Source: Phoronis australis (taxonomy: Eukaryota > Animalia > Phoronida). From it: DNA of 64,000 bases. The notes under the pieces were generated by a model. It was not told where the DNA came from. It did not search any database and worked only from the letters and a program-made list of their open reading frames with translations. Shown here piece after piece: positions 51,755-64,000 of this stretch. The stretch lies in assembly GCA_002633005.1 (NCBI GenBank), contig NMRA01000034.1, positions 1,077,766 to 1,141,765 of the forward strand, read 5' to 3'. The translations under genes and the position numbers were made by a program. Numbering within the stretch: the stretch's first letter is position 1; every line of letters starts with the position of its first letter.

Positions 51755-54010
51755 TCATTCAAACCATTTTGATTTTACATTTTTCAGTTCATTCTTTTTA
51801 GACATGGCTCCCATCAACCTTTGTTTGTGTTTGTTCACTAAAGAGTCAAAACTGTCCGTTTTTTCAGACCGGCGTTGCCTTTTACTTCTACTCTGTGAAG
51901 ATTTGACAGATTTCCTCTTGGGAGCTTTCGTCTTCTTCGCATCATTTACTTGCTGAGACTGAGGCCTGGGTTTGTGTCGCACTTTGGGACCCCAATGACT
52001 TGGAAGTCCTTTAGGCAGCTTTGTACCACCTGCAGTACGAGGAACCGCAGACTGCAGAGGAAACTTATCATCTTTTTGCTTTGTCTTCACTTTTGGTTTC
52101 TCACCGACTCGGTCTTTCCCAAATCGAGTTTGCTTAGTACGAATTCGCTCTAAACGCTTAGCTTTCAGCTGGAGAGCAGCTTTGTTTTCCAGGGAAAATT
52201 CCACAATCAAACGTTTATTCTCTCCAAAAAGTGACGGATCATTATTTGTTTTCCGCAAGGCTTGTAAGGCATGTTTGTGATCGGAAAACTCAACAAAGGC
52301 AAATCCCTTGGATTTTCCAATACCTTCAGAGTTCACCCGATTAAGGTCGCGCATAACTCGGCATTCAGTTATTTTGGCCGTATTGTCACTAACGGCTTTA
52401 CGAAACAGAGTCCTCAACTCATTGTCACTGACTGTGGCGGGAATGTTTCTCACACAAAGCCTTGTGGGAGAAACAAAAACCAATGGGTTTTTCAGTTTCT
52501 GCCGTTTCATTTGCTCAACTTTCATGCGTTTATCTAAGTCAACTTTTGACAAGCCTTCAGCCTCTTTCGTTCCAGGTCGAATCATCCCTTCCCGTACCAA
52601 GAACAGGTTTCGGTTATCTTTAGGTTGTTTTTCTTTTTTCTCCTTTCGCAAGTTGTCTGCCTCTTCTCGACTAACAGCGCGGGAGACATAAAGTTGTCGA
52701 TTGTCAAGATAAAACTTGTCACTAAAAGACTCATCCTTTGCCTTTTCCAAACAACTGTCAGCATCTGCTTTCTCAACATATTTAACAAATGCCATTCCCT
52801 TTGAATGCTCTGTACTGGAATCAGTAACAAGCCGGCAAAATGTGATGTTGCCAAATTCTGAGAAAAGATTTTCTATATCTTCTTCCTCAGTGTCAAAGGA
52901 CAAATTTCTGATAAATACAGTTTTTCCTTCACCAACATCCGATTTAACTTTCAGCTTAACATTTTTGTTGCTTTTCAACATAGTCTCATCCCCACTATCA
53001 ATGCTCATATCGTCCCTATCTTCATCACTGGTGTCAAAGTCATCATCACTATGTTCTTTGTCATCACCATCTTCCTCATCATCATCTTCCTCATCATCAT
53101 CATCATCTTCCTCATCATCATCATTCTCTTTCTCAATGTCATCATCGTCATCATCATCATCTACTTTGCTCTTACGAACCTTTTTGGTTTTCGAATCAAG
53201 TGTCTTATTTTTTGCTTCTTTTTCAAGCTCGTCATTTTTGACAGCATCGTTGTTGCCATCATCACTGTCACTATCGTTGTCATCATGACTACGAATTGCA
53301 TCCTTGTGAACTTCGCCTCCTTTTTGTTGGGAAACGTACCGAACTTTGGGCAAGGCCCAATCAACGGCAACAACTCGACCTTTGATTTCCTTCCCATTCA
53401 TCTTGTGCAATGCAATGTTCGCAAAGTTCATATCAGTGAAATGTACAAAACCAAACCCCAACATTTTACCATCGGCTTTTTTGGGAATCTTCACTTCCTT
53501 AATTTTGCCAAATTTTTTAAATGCCCTATGTAAGTCCTCATTTGTGCATTTAAAGGATAGATTTCGCACAATGAGTTTGCTTTTCCATTCTGCAGTCAAT
53601 TTTTGGTCACCTTGTTTTTTCTCATTCACACGACTACTGTTGGCTGGAGAAATTATAAGATTCTCTCCAGATTTTTTAGTATCACCAACTCCAATGTTCG
53701 TATTTACGCTTTCAGTACTTTTTGGTTTTGAATTTTTAACTTTTTTACGAGCAAAATCGATGAGCAATTTCCTGCCGTCAATTTTGAACTCCTGTTCCTT
53801 GGCTTTCTCAGCATCCACCCGAACAGAAAATGTCACGTAACCAAAGCCTTTGCCTTTTCCTGAACTTTTATCTTTCACAACAAAACAATGCTTCAGTGGT
53901 CCAATGTCACCAAATATATGTTCTAGTTCTGAGTCAGTGGCAGAATAAGGTACATTTCCAACAAACAAAGTTTTTGAAGACATATCACCGCTCCCCACGT
54001 TAGTCGCCAT
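51755..54010 (-). CDS. RBM28: RNA-binding protein 28 (Nop4 homologue), 4 RRMs, intronless, about 751 aa
   Basis: One uninterrupted ORF. RRM1 KTLFVGNVP..KGFGYVTF; RRM2 KLIVRNLSFKC..GFGFVHF..VAVDWA; acidic D/E tract; RRM3 TVFIRNLSF..SKGMAFV; DNRNLFL.REG; RRM4 TRLCVRNIP..SKGFAFVEF..RLIVEFSLEN; C-terminal KWFE. Likely start AGCATGGCG at 54010, with upstream in-frame ATGs possible. Confidence 0.95.
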   Translation of the reverse strand: MATNVGSGDMSSKTLFVGNVPYSATDSELEHIFGDIGPLKHCFVVKDKSSGKGKGFGYVTFSVRVDAEKAKEQEFKIDGRKLLIDFARKKVKNSKPKSTESVNTNIGVGDTKKSGENLIISPANSSRVNEKKQGDQKLTAEWKSKLIVRNLSFKCTNEDLHRAFKKFGKIKEVKIPKKADGKMLGFGFVHFTDMNFANIALHKMNGKEIKGRVVAVDWALPKVRYVSQQKGGEVHKDAIRSHDDNDSDSDDGNNDAVKNDELEKEAKNKTLDSKTKKVRKSKVDDDDDDDDIEKENDDDEEDDDDDEEDDDEEDGDDKEHSDDDFDTSDEDRDDMSIDSGDETMLKSNKNVKLKVKSDVGEGKTVFIRNLSFDTEEEDIENLFSEFGNITFCRLVTDSSTEHSKGMAFVKYVEKADADSCLEKAKDESFSDKFYLDNRQLYVSRAVSREEADNLRKEKKEKQPKDNRNLFLVREGMIRPGTKEAEGLSKVDLDKRMKVEQMKRQKLKNPLVFVSPTRLCVRNIPATVSDNELRTLFRKAVSDNTAKITECRVMRDLNRVNSEGIGKSKGFAFVEFSDHKHALQALRKTNNDPSLFGENKRLIVEFSLENKAALQLKAKRLERIRTKQTRFGKDRVGEKPKVKTKQKDDKFPLQSAVPRTAGGTKLPKGLPSHWGPKVRHKPRPQSQQVNDAKKTKAPKRKSVKSSQSRSKRQRRSEKTDSFDSLVNKHKQRLMGAMSKKNELKNVKSKWFE
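53020..53290 (-). repeat. GAT/GAA-rich trinucleotide tract encoding the acidic Asp/Glu region of RBM28
   Basis: (TCA)n and TCATCTTCC repeats on the plus strand; DDDDEEDDD in the protein. Confidence 0.85.
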
Positions 54011-54019
54011 GCTTGTTTG

Positions 54020-54220
54020 TGTATTTCCGGTTGAAATGACTTCTCGCATACTCACCAGATGGCAGCTAATGTTCATAGGACCGTGCATGTGCGCTTCAGA
54101 ACTCGCTGCCGCAAACCGATGCACGTGGAAATATAGGAGAGCTGGTGGAAAGACCACTTTTATGAATTTTCGAAGACTCCGGCTCTGTGTTCCTATCGGC
54201 TGGAAACTGGCACGTGCACC
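54020..54220 (-). promoter_or_regulatory. Putative RBM28 proximal promoter: two CACGTG E-boxes, an ETS-like CCGGAAAT and a consensus splice donor
   Basis: CACGTG at 54122-54127 and 54211-54216; CCGGAAAT on the minus strand near 54023-54030; CTG|GTGAGT at 54056/54055. Confidence 0.45.
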
Positions 54221-55313
54221 GCAATAATTTGCCGGTCCGGATCAGTGACATCAGTAGGCCTAATGATTCCGCGGCCCCATTAGACGCAATGAAGATTAAG
54301 TTAATCATTCATATGTCTTATATCTTGAAAAAGTCGAGAACAATGAGCTAAAGTAAGGCACAGCTTTTTTGCAAAGCGCGATAATTCCGACTCGGACTGA
54401 GATTTTTAACTTCCCTTAATAGTAGTAGGAACGCAGTTTTATTAGGAAATGCAGTTATCCGAGTCAGTGCAGTGATTCTGCAGGGACCCGGTCTCTCTGG
54501 CAAGCAATTGGAGACATCCGTATTTCGTTTTTTCTAGGAAATGTTTATCACTTAATACAAAATTGAGAACCTCAGTGACAGGTAGCCAACATTTGCTGTC
54601 CTGATAGTCAGTGTTCTTGCCGCTCAGCGGAGTTGCCACACAACAGCTGGCTAAATCAAGCAACTCTCCCGCGTTTTAATTTTCACTCACTGCTATCGGA
54701 AAGGTATTGCATCCAGTGCTGTAGTGAGGCGTAGGCGCAGCTCAGAACCACCTACCATTAGCTCAAATTAGGCGGGTTTAGGCCGGGTGGGGGGCCCNTT
54801 TTAAAAAAAATGGAATTTGAGTGATGGTGAAAGCTGCTGAGATGTCAATTTTAATCGAAGCTTTTGTGAATCACTCAGAAACTCATAATTCTAGTTGTCA
54901 AACCTTAACTTAAAAGACGATTTCCAAAGCAATCGCGTCATTATTGCCAACACAAAAAACGGATTTGGTCTTTTGGGCAATTGAAGACTATTTTAAATAC
55001 AACAAATTTGTTACGAACTGATTGCACAAAAAACATACAATAAGCATTACAAAAAGGAGTTTTCGCGCGCAAACGCTGTGGACCATAAATAAGTAGGTCT
55101 CTTAGTAAAAACTTAGAGATAAATCGTGGTGGTGCAGGGGTAAAGCACGCGTGCTCTACTAGCAATGTCGTGAGTTCGAAACCGTAGTACCTGCAGTTGT
55201 TGCTGGTTGACACATTCTTTCTTTTTTTGCCTTTTTTCTTGGATAATACTTCGGGAATCAAGGAAAATGCTTGATTTTTAGAGGAAAAAGCAGAAAAATT
55301 TCCTGGGCGGGAG

Positions 55314-58300
55314 GGGGGCAAACCCCCTCCCGACCTCCCCCCATTCGGTGCTATGCACATCTACAATCGTGCTTGGACCGAATGTTTACAGACAAAATGT
55401 TGGGCCCCCCCTTGTGATATCCTAGATCCGCCACTGCAGCTAGAACGTAGCTAGAGCGCCCGCTACTCACCGGCGTACGGCCGTAGGCGCAGCCAACCCG
55501 CCATCTAAGTTACATATCTTAACGTAGCGCCTGCCCACAGGAAGTGACGGTATCTGAGTGGGGCATAGTCTTAGATAGCTTACAGCATCAATGCACTGCT
55601 TCGCTGACGACAACATTGTTGCCAAATATTCCAGGTAGGCGTGTGAGTACCTTATATCCTGGACATTGTAACTTGGAAAAAACGACTGGTTTGAGGAGGA
55701 TTCTGTAACTAAGCACTCTACGTTTGGGCAGGTCACAAGTATCTGGTATTTTACTAATTAACTTTGAAACTAAATGAAAAAGTAAGAACAGCTGCTCAGC
55801 TCAGGCATCAGTGCTTTTGTAACATCGTGTTTGTGTATTTCATGATAAAGAAACAGGTATGGTGTCATACCATAGACGGATAAAAAGGACCGAAGGGCAC
55901 CCAGGACACACCCCACGGGCGACTAAAAAATGCCGCCAGCATATCGTTCTGGGTGTTACGCGCCTATTTTCCTTTATAATTGTATTTAGGCCCCCCTTCG
56001 ATCAGTGACCGCTTGGCATGTACGTGGACTTTGCCTTCCTGTATATGTGGTTGGGGCCCCTTTCTGCTACATCTTAGATTCTCGCCACTGCAGACTCGAA
56101 GCAAGTGCCCACTCGTAAGTCAAAAATACGCCTATATTTGTGAGTCAGGTTTTGCGAATTCAATGCACTTTTAAAATTCAGTGCACAAGGTGATACGGTG
56201 GGCTTTGGGCGCCTACTTACCTCAAATTTTACCACTATAGCACTGATTGCATCACCAATTCACATCGAACACTAAGCAAGCATACATAGACCACAATAGC
56301 CGCACAAAAAGTGCAAGTCATACCAGCTTTGCGTGGTTTTGAAAATTGTTTGTTCCTTTGTATTCACGGAAGTTTTTCATTGCAAAGCTCATCTAAGCAA
56401 TCATCAACAATTAATGCCAGGTTACACGGACAAGACGACTGTAGGCGACTGAGTTGACCAGTAATTAGGGGAATTGCAACATATATGCAACGCACTAAAC
56501 GCTAGTCCTCCGTACGGTATCATAAACAGAGAAGTGTTGAAGATGATCATTTATAGAAAGTTTGAAACCTGATGAGACTTTCAACCTCTTGACGAGAATA
56601 CGATGAACACTCGTAAAGAAAGTACAATGCTCCACGACCAAATGAAGAACTTAGTGAACAAAGTACATGTAGATGATCTTAAACCATAATGTATTCTTTT
56701 GAATGAACCAATAAATACGTTANNNNNNNNNNNNNNNNNNNNNNNNNNNNNNNNNNNNNNNNNNNNNNNNNNNNNNNNNNNNNNNNNNNNNNNNNNNNNN
56801 NNNNNNNNNNNNNNNNNNNNNNNNNNNNNNNNNNNNNNNNNNNNNNNNNNNNNNNNNNNNNNNNNNNNNNNNNNNNNNNNNNNNNNNNNNNNNNNNNNNN
56901 NNNNNNNNNNNNNNNNNNNNNNNNNNNNNNNNNNNNNNNNNNNNNNNNNNNNNNNNNNNNNNNNNNNNNNNNNNNNNNNNNNNNNNNNNNNNNNNNNNNN
57001 NNNNNNNNNNNNNNNNNNNNNNNNGGGGGCAAACCCCCTCCCGACCTCCCCCCATTCGGTGCTATGCACATCTACAATCGTGCTTGGACCGAATGTTTAC
57101 AGACAAAATGTTGGGCTCCCCCTTGTGATATCCTAGATCCGCCACTGCAGCTAGAACGTAGCTAGAGCGCCCGCTACTCACCGGCGTACGGCCGTAGGCG
57201 CAGCCAACCCGCCATCTAAGTTACATATCTTAACGTAGCGCCTGCCCACAGTAAGTGACGGTATCTGATAGCTTACAGCATCAATGCACTGCTTCGCTGA
57301 CGACAACATTGTTGCCAAATATTCCAGGTAGGCGTGTGAGTACCTTATATCCTGGACATTGTAACTTGGAAAAAACCGACAATGAAAAAGGTTTGAGGAG
57401 GATTCTGTAACTAAGCATTCTACGTTTGGGCAGGTCACAAGTATCTGGTATTTTACTAATTAACTTTGAAACTAAATGAAAAAGTAAGAACAGCTGCTCA
57501 GCTCAGGCATCAGTGCTTTTGTAACATCGTGTTTGTGTATTTCAAGATAAAGAAACAGGTATGGTGTCATACCATAGACGGATAAAAAGGACCGAAGGGC
57601 CCCCAGGACACACCCCACGGGCGACTAAAAAATGCCGCCAGCATATCGTTCTGGGTGTTACGCGCCTATTTTCCTTTATAATTGTATTTAGGCCCCCCTT
57701 CGATCAGTGACCGCTTGGCATGTACGTGGACTTTGCCTTCCTGTATATGTGGCTGGGGCCCCTTTCTGCTACATCTTAGATTCTCGCCACTGCAGACTCG
57801 AAGCAAGTGCCCACTCGTGAGTCAAAAATACGCCTATATTTGTGAGTCAGGTTTTGCGAATTCAATGCACTTTTAAAATTCAGTGCACAAGGTGATACGG
57901 TGGGCTTTGGGCGCCTACTTACCTCTAATTTACCACTACAGCACTGATTGCATCACCAATTCACATCGAACACTAAGCAAGCATACATAGACCACAATAG
58001 CCGCACAAAAAGTGCAAGTCATACCAGCTTTGCGTGGTTTTGAACATTGTTTGTTCATTGCAAAGCTCATCTAAGCAATCATCAACAATTAATGCCAGGT
58101 TACACAGACAAGACGACTGTAGGCGACTGAGTTGACCAGTAATTAGGGGCATTGCAACATATATGCAACGCACTAAACGCTAGTCCTCCGTACGGTATCA
58201 TAAACAGAGAAGTGTTGGAGATGATCAATTATAGAAAGTTTGAAACCTGATGAGACTTTCAACCTCTTGACGAGAATACGATGAACACTCGTAAAGAAAA

Positions 58301-58400
58301 TACAATGCTCCACGACCAAATGAAGAACTTAGTGAACAAAGTACATGTAGATGATCTTAAACCATATTGTATTCTTTTGAATGAACCAATAAATACGTTA
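55314..58400. repeat. About 1.4-kb direct duplication flanking a scaffold gap
   Basis: 55314-56722 versus 57025-58400, with SNPs and 9-18 bp indels. Confidence 0.9.
56723..57024. other. Assembly gap (302 N)
   Basis: Run of N. Confidence 1.
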
Positions 58401-60386
58401 TCACGAATAATCTCGGACAATTTTTAGGGATATCCCCAAACCCCGTGGGTGCCCCGTCTCTTGCGTTTCTCCGGTTGCCCGGGAATTGCTTATAATTGCT
58501 TTTTTATTAATTGTTTATTCTTTATTTCTGATCTACGGGAAATGAATTTGAACTCCCAGCGTTGTATTGATATGTGAGAATATTTTCGGAACATTTCGAC
58601 AAGTGGCATATGTTTAGTCTACAATGTATCAGGAAAACGCTACGATACCTGTCAGAGGTGAAAGAACGGAGAATGGTAAAAATTTATATAGAAATTGACC
58701 GAAAAATACAAAGTTGAAGAGAAATATTATTTTGGAGGATGTGTTGCGATGAGACAAAGAAATCACGTGATACAATTAAACCAATAGTGGGAGAACATAG
58801 GTCACTGACCCAAGAATCAAAACAATATGATAATGAGGACGAAGTAGTATAGCTTTCATAAAATAATTTAATGCTTAAATAATATTTATTTGCTCCCCAG
58901 GCCCCAGCCACCAGAAAGTGTACTGCCCGTGTTTTGCCACAGTACCAGGGGCCCCAGATCCTGGCCCGTTCAAAATATATCTTCAAAGCATCAGTGATCC
59001 GCCATAAAATGAACTTTCCCCAAACTGGACCACAATAAAATGAACATTGACCTTAGAGCCAGCGCAGATGGATACATGTGCGAGCTAAGTTGTTTGTCTT
59101 AAGTAAATCACTGCTGTGCTGATCAGCGACCAGCCTACTCAGTTTCTGTTTTCACACCTGAGTAGGTGTGACCCTGGAGCGCGAGTTGGTGACTATAGGA
59201 AGGGCGGCAATTGGTTTGTGCCCTCACCACCAATTTTTTACTTTCCTACGGCCCTGGTCGCTTAACTCCACACATTGAAACCAACGTCATCCTGACCACT
59301 GGCGTAGCCCACGTTAATGGGTACAACCGGGGTCCCACCTGCTCAATTCAAAGGAGCCTTACTTCAGCGCCAGCACGGACACGAGCTTGCACTGGGTGCC
59401 TTGGATTTTTTCAAGAAACAAGTACTACTTAGAGTGCGCAATTGAGTGTCCGAGTCAGCGGATAAAGCTTCGTATGTGAGCGCCTTAAATGAACAAGTAA
59501 AGCAAGAATCTCACGGCAGGCTCCACTGGCTGGTACTTAATTAGTCCCCTTACTGCTTCGGGAGAAAATTTGCTTGCGCTGGTTGATCGAGTAATTCGCT
59601 CGTAGACGATCACGAGACGATATTTCGAAGACAAAGAATACAGTAAGTAACGAACAAGAAATAAATATTTCCAAATGTCTGTATTAAAAAATGTAATTAT
59701 TATCGAAGTAACAAAAATACAAAGTGGGAAATAGTTAACCTGAAAATAAGGGAATGTACAGCATGAGGTACTCGAATATGAAAAAGAAAGTACAAAGTTT
59801 ATTAACACTGGCCTAATTTAACAGGGGAATATTTGAAGGAAATGTTGGCAAGGGAATTGTTAAGAATTTGGAAAGATCAAAAACTGATTTGCACCGATTT
59901 GATTACAAAAGTTAGGCAAATAGCAAGAAGTGATGCTCAGTTAACTGAGAACGGGGGGAGTAGCTCAAACTTTTTTGCTTCATTACATAGAGAAGTGAAA
60001 CTTTAAAGACATGCGTAAGTATCCTTAAAAGAAAGATGGGTACTTGGTAAAAGACCATGTTGAAATTATGTGAGAAATAACTAATTATTGCTTCATTGTT
60101 TTCACAAATACTAGTTTTTAAGATTTTTGCAACTGTGTTCATGTTGGATTACGTATCATAATTCAGTGCAGATGTCGCTGTCACGAGCATCCGTGGTTAT
60201 GAACATTATTTTCAAGCCTATGTTGCAAATAAGTAGACGAATGCCAAACCGCGTCCAAATTACATGTATTAATCACATTCCGAATATTAGGCCAACACAT
60301 TTGTTTTATATTTGATGTGATGAAAAATGAAATGTAAGATATCTTCAGGCGAACACACTAAGTTAATTTTATGATTTCACCAGTCT

Positions 60387-63272
60387 TCACAACTTTGTGT
60401 CCATGGTATCCAGAGAATCAACCAACACATTCTCAAGTTTCTCTGCTTTTATATCTTCAGAGGTCCTTGACTCGTCCGACTCTGTTTGGTCATTAACACA
60501 GAATCCATCAAATGTCGGACAGAAAGGAATAAAACGCAGAATCTTAATCTGCTTTAAAGTCTTCATTCCTGGAATACAATAACTCTTTGACACATTAATA
60601 GGTTCACATAACGAGTCTAACAGCAAAACATACAAGTACGTCCTACACGCCAGTTTCGACTCTTTTGAATGCTGTCCAGCAGTGGAGTTTAAAAATCCCC
60701 GAGTCTATGTAATGTCTACAATGTCTGAAACTGAGTTTACAGCACTGGCGGATCTAAAATATCGCAAGGGACCCGACCAAAATGACGCTTCTGGCAACGC
60801 CGGTAACTGAATAGCGAGTGGTTAGTTCAGGGATACACTTTGTGTATGAACTTGTGTCAGAAAGATGGAACTAGAAGAGCTCTCATTTGAACACGTTTGA
60901 AAGAACAAAAGTGGCAAAAACACTTAACGTACGTACAGCGGGAAGAACAGATGCTCTTGGTAGTTCAACGGTAAGGCCCAACACCAATACGTAAAAACAG
61001 CACTATTTGATTTATTTTCTGTTCTGTGAGGACATTGATAGTTGTGGCGTTATAGTGGTACTGATAACAATGGAGCCCGTGGTCCACGTGTTCGCAAAAC
61101 ATGAGTGGTGGTGAAAGTGGTGAGGTATATGACAACGTTGTCAATAAACGGATCATGGAATGCTCTTTGTAAACTAGGTGAAGGTGGATGATGGTGGTCA
61201 TCGTCCAAGAGCACCAAATCCAACAGATCGTAGCCTGTCATTTTCTTGTTGACTAGAGCGCCATACGCGAGCATGAAACTGTTACCTCATTGGTAACTAA
61301 CACGATCGTGTTTAACGTATAGGCGAAGCTCCCTGTAATGGCGAAGCGCATAGTGATGATGATTCTAATGGTGGAGATGATAAGGTTCATTGTGGTGATG
61401 GTGATGGTAATACAAGTGGTGACCAGGTGGTGATGAAGCTAAAAGTATTAGCACGTGATAATCACGACGGTGAAAATAATGTTATGTCAATTGACAACCT
61501 TACCAAAAGGCATATCATATACTTTGAGACTCTTCTTTTGCTCCTGGCGCTCTTCGTCTGTTGTGGCATTCAACACAGCTCGCCACTGGGCAATTCCTCG
61601 TTCTTCGTCAGTTCCTAAAACATCAGAGTACTACTTTGTAAACTTATTACGTAACAGAAAGTTCCGTAATTATAGACCGTAAAAAATCTCATTCTAAACT
61701 ATACGACTAGCTACAAACAGTGTTGTTGCAAACATTCGAAACTGAAAAAGCGCCACGTCTGGATTTATGTCATACCGTATAGAAGCAAATGGCCGCCACA
61801 GCATCTTGAAACATTTCAGCGGAGCTTGTTTAGTCGTACATGTGAAATGGAAGAGTGAAGTAGCTGTAAATAGTTTGGAAAGACATACGAATGTACCTGT
61901 ATATGGTAATACGTAGATTTTGTTGTGGTGTGTCAAAACCCGTAATATTCTAAACCGTAGCGAGATGCGGGTGCGGGACGATCCCGTCAAAAGTAGGAAA
62001 ATGCGCCTGTGTACAGGAATCAGATGGAAAATTAGCTCAATCGACATTGCAAATGAGAATTTTTTCTGAGTTAATTTTTCCGACTTCGATCCTGTGCATT
62101 TTTGTAAAAGCAAAGTACACGTTTTTGAAGTCGGTTGTAAAACCTACAATCTTGACAACAAAACAACTAACCTGGCATAGTATTATCCAAAAGAAATCCA
62201 GTAAATCCTCCGACAAACATACTGGTACTTAACAACACTTTGAATATCTGGTCCAGGACAGCATTCCCTATTGAAGCAAACGATAAATAACCAGAACATC
62301 GTCAATTGACCATGAAGTGGAATGTATCATTACTAAAATGGTTGTCGCAAAATGTTGTTTTTTAGTCAAGTTGTGTGTGATTCCCCGACTTAGAAAGATT
62401 TGCAGTTCATTATAGTGTGAGTGCGGGCTTTACAAGTTGACTTTTCGCGGCATGATGTTTCTTGAAGAGGACTGTCTATTCTGTGAATGACCAAAAATCG
62501 ACTTAATTTTTATTTTTATGTCATAGGAAAACACGATGTTCAACACAATAAAGCATAAATATAATGGCATTTTTGGGGGTAGGAGTCGAAACGCAAGGCC
62601 TACCGGTACTAAAAATCCAGAAAAGTCCACGTAATAAAACATTACAACCAGAGATACAAATAAAACTGATAAAATATGAAATTGACACCCCAGAACGAAA
62701 TTAATAAATTTCAATAGAAATTAGTGGCAGATAGGTTATCCACAACCCACTATTATGCATGTTGGTATGCTCACCCGTATCAATGGCACCACTGTTGACA
62801 GGGTTGGAGATCCACAAAGGCAAGGTAAGTCCAATGAATATCGAAAAACCGACGATGAAGAGGTTCCTGGACGAATTCAAATCCACGAATTGTAAATTCG
62901 ATAAACCAACTGACGCGACCATGCCTTGAATGTAAAGAATCTTTTTGAAGACGTTGTCTGTAGTTACGACATATGTACTGTTTGAGACATTGGAAGCGTT
63001 GCATATCACATAAATCTTGAAAGTTACGTGACCAATCTTATTACCAGTCGCGGTTGTAAGATTTCAGACAAGTAATTCATATAACTATCACGATCGACTG
63101 AACTTGTGGTTTCGAACTCAACATAAAATGTTAAGGACTCACCAAAAGTGACAACAAAAACTCCCCCAATGACTGGGTCGGGAATCGTTACAAACAGAGC
63201 ACCGAATTTACCGACCAATGCCAACAGAATCGCAATGAAAGCGCCAACCTGCACCACCCTGCGACTGCCGAC
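60387..63272 (-). CDS. SLC23 family (nucleobase-ascorbate transporter, SVCT-like), 3' part, five exons
   Basis: Join 63272-63143 ([25 protein letters not shown]), 62924-62775 ([23 protein letters not shown]), 62267-62172 ([29 protein letters not shown]), 61614-61504 ([16 protein letters not shown]), 60568-60387 (..[14 protein letters not shown]). All GT-AG and phase-consistent; the gene continues beyond the window end. Confidence 0.93.
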
Positions 63273-64000
63273 CTTAAAATAATCAAAAGATCATTTTCTC
63301 ACTACAACGCCTAAACAACAATATCATAAATAGAAAACCCTATACTCGTCTCTGAGGTTTATGACATTGGCAAATCCTCTTGGAAATTTCGTCAAAATCC
63401 CTAAGCTTGCAATGATGTGAATGTGAAGTATGTTGAAAATTGTCAAATGTTTTTAATAACGAGTTATGTATTGAAAACGATCCGTTGTAAATCACTCAAC
63501 TATGTCCAATACTGTACGAATAGTGACGTGGTGTTGGAGAATAGCACTGCATGATGCGGTTTATGTGAGCCCCCAAGGTACGTCATTAGTGCAAAGGTCA
63601 CCTACTTGTAGAATTTTTTTGTTTTCACATTTACAAGTTGTCAGTGAATACAACTGCACTTTGTTCAGCGTAGATGGTGTTCAAACAGATTTTTAGCTCA
63701 GATCCTGCTATACATTAGAATAGTTAGGGGCATGCAAATACATCTTTAATTGGTCGTTTCTGTGTTAAAAATCTGTGTTGAAACCTCGGCGTTGTGAGCC
63801 CCAAGTCTACTTGCTCTCGTCAGGGCCAGTGGTGAACCCGTACCAGCTGAGGGTGGCAAATGCACTGATTTCACGAAATAAACGGAACAATTTTGGACCA
63901 AGCTATGGAATCATGGAAAATTGCTATCAATTTAATGTGTGGAAGTCACCACACACTTTGAAACTAAATTAACTGAATTATTGTCTGACTATGGCAACGT

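Noticed and set aside
52271-53840. Long plus-strand ORFs (up to 190 aa, Ser-rich or Ile-rich)
   Set aside because: Antisense shadows of the RBM28 CDS and its acidic repeat.
54011-54157. 49-aa N-terminal extension of RBM28 in the ORF track
   Set aside because: It starts at a non-ATG codon and has no similarity to RBM28. The ATG at 54010 has good context and directly precedes RRM1.
56581-57136. ORFs spanning the N gap
   Set aside because: Artefacts of translating Ns.
55314-58400. 1.4-kb direct repeats as LTRs
   Set aside because: No TG..CA ends or PBS/PPT, and both copies end exactly at the gap edges, which indicates haplotype overlap.

Overview
This is AT-rich genomic DNA from an invertebrate animal (it looks lophotrochozoan or mollusc-like; that assignment is inference), taken from a draft diploid assembly. 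It contains four protein-coding genes. (1) The last exon of a TGF-beta superfamily ligand of the activin/myostatin type (+, 5782-6605). (2) A complete 17-coding-exon ARHGAP12/15/27/9-family RhoGAP gene (-, 23412-47642; SH3-WW-WW-PH-RhoGAP, about 822 aa), reconstructed exon by exon with consistent phases and one GC-AG intron. (3) An intronless RBM28/Nop4 gene (-, 51755-54010). (4) The last five exons of an SLC23-family nucleobase/ascorbate transporter (-, 60387-63272). Intergenic and intronic DNA holds many transposon relics: two TTAA-flanked Kolobok-like elements (one with a decayed THAP domain, one with a nested 360-bp hairpin), a Helitron inserted in a decayed LINE, several MITEs and tRNA-derived SINEs. 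Four tandem duplications abut N characters and are probably uncollapsed haplotypes. The most interesting hypothesis concerns a consensus splice donor 45 nt upstream of the intronless RBM28 ATG. It could supply the missing 5' exon of the RhoGAP gene, which would nest RBM28 in its first intron under a shared promoter. No prokaryotic-type novel system is visible.
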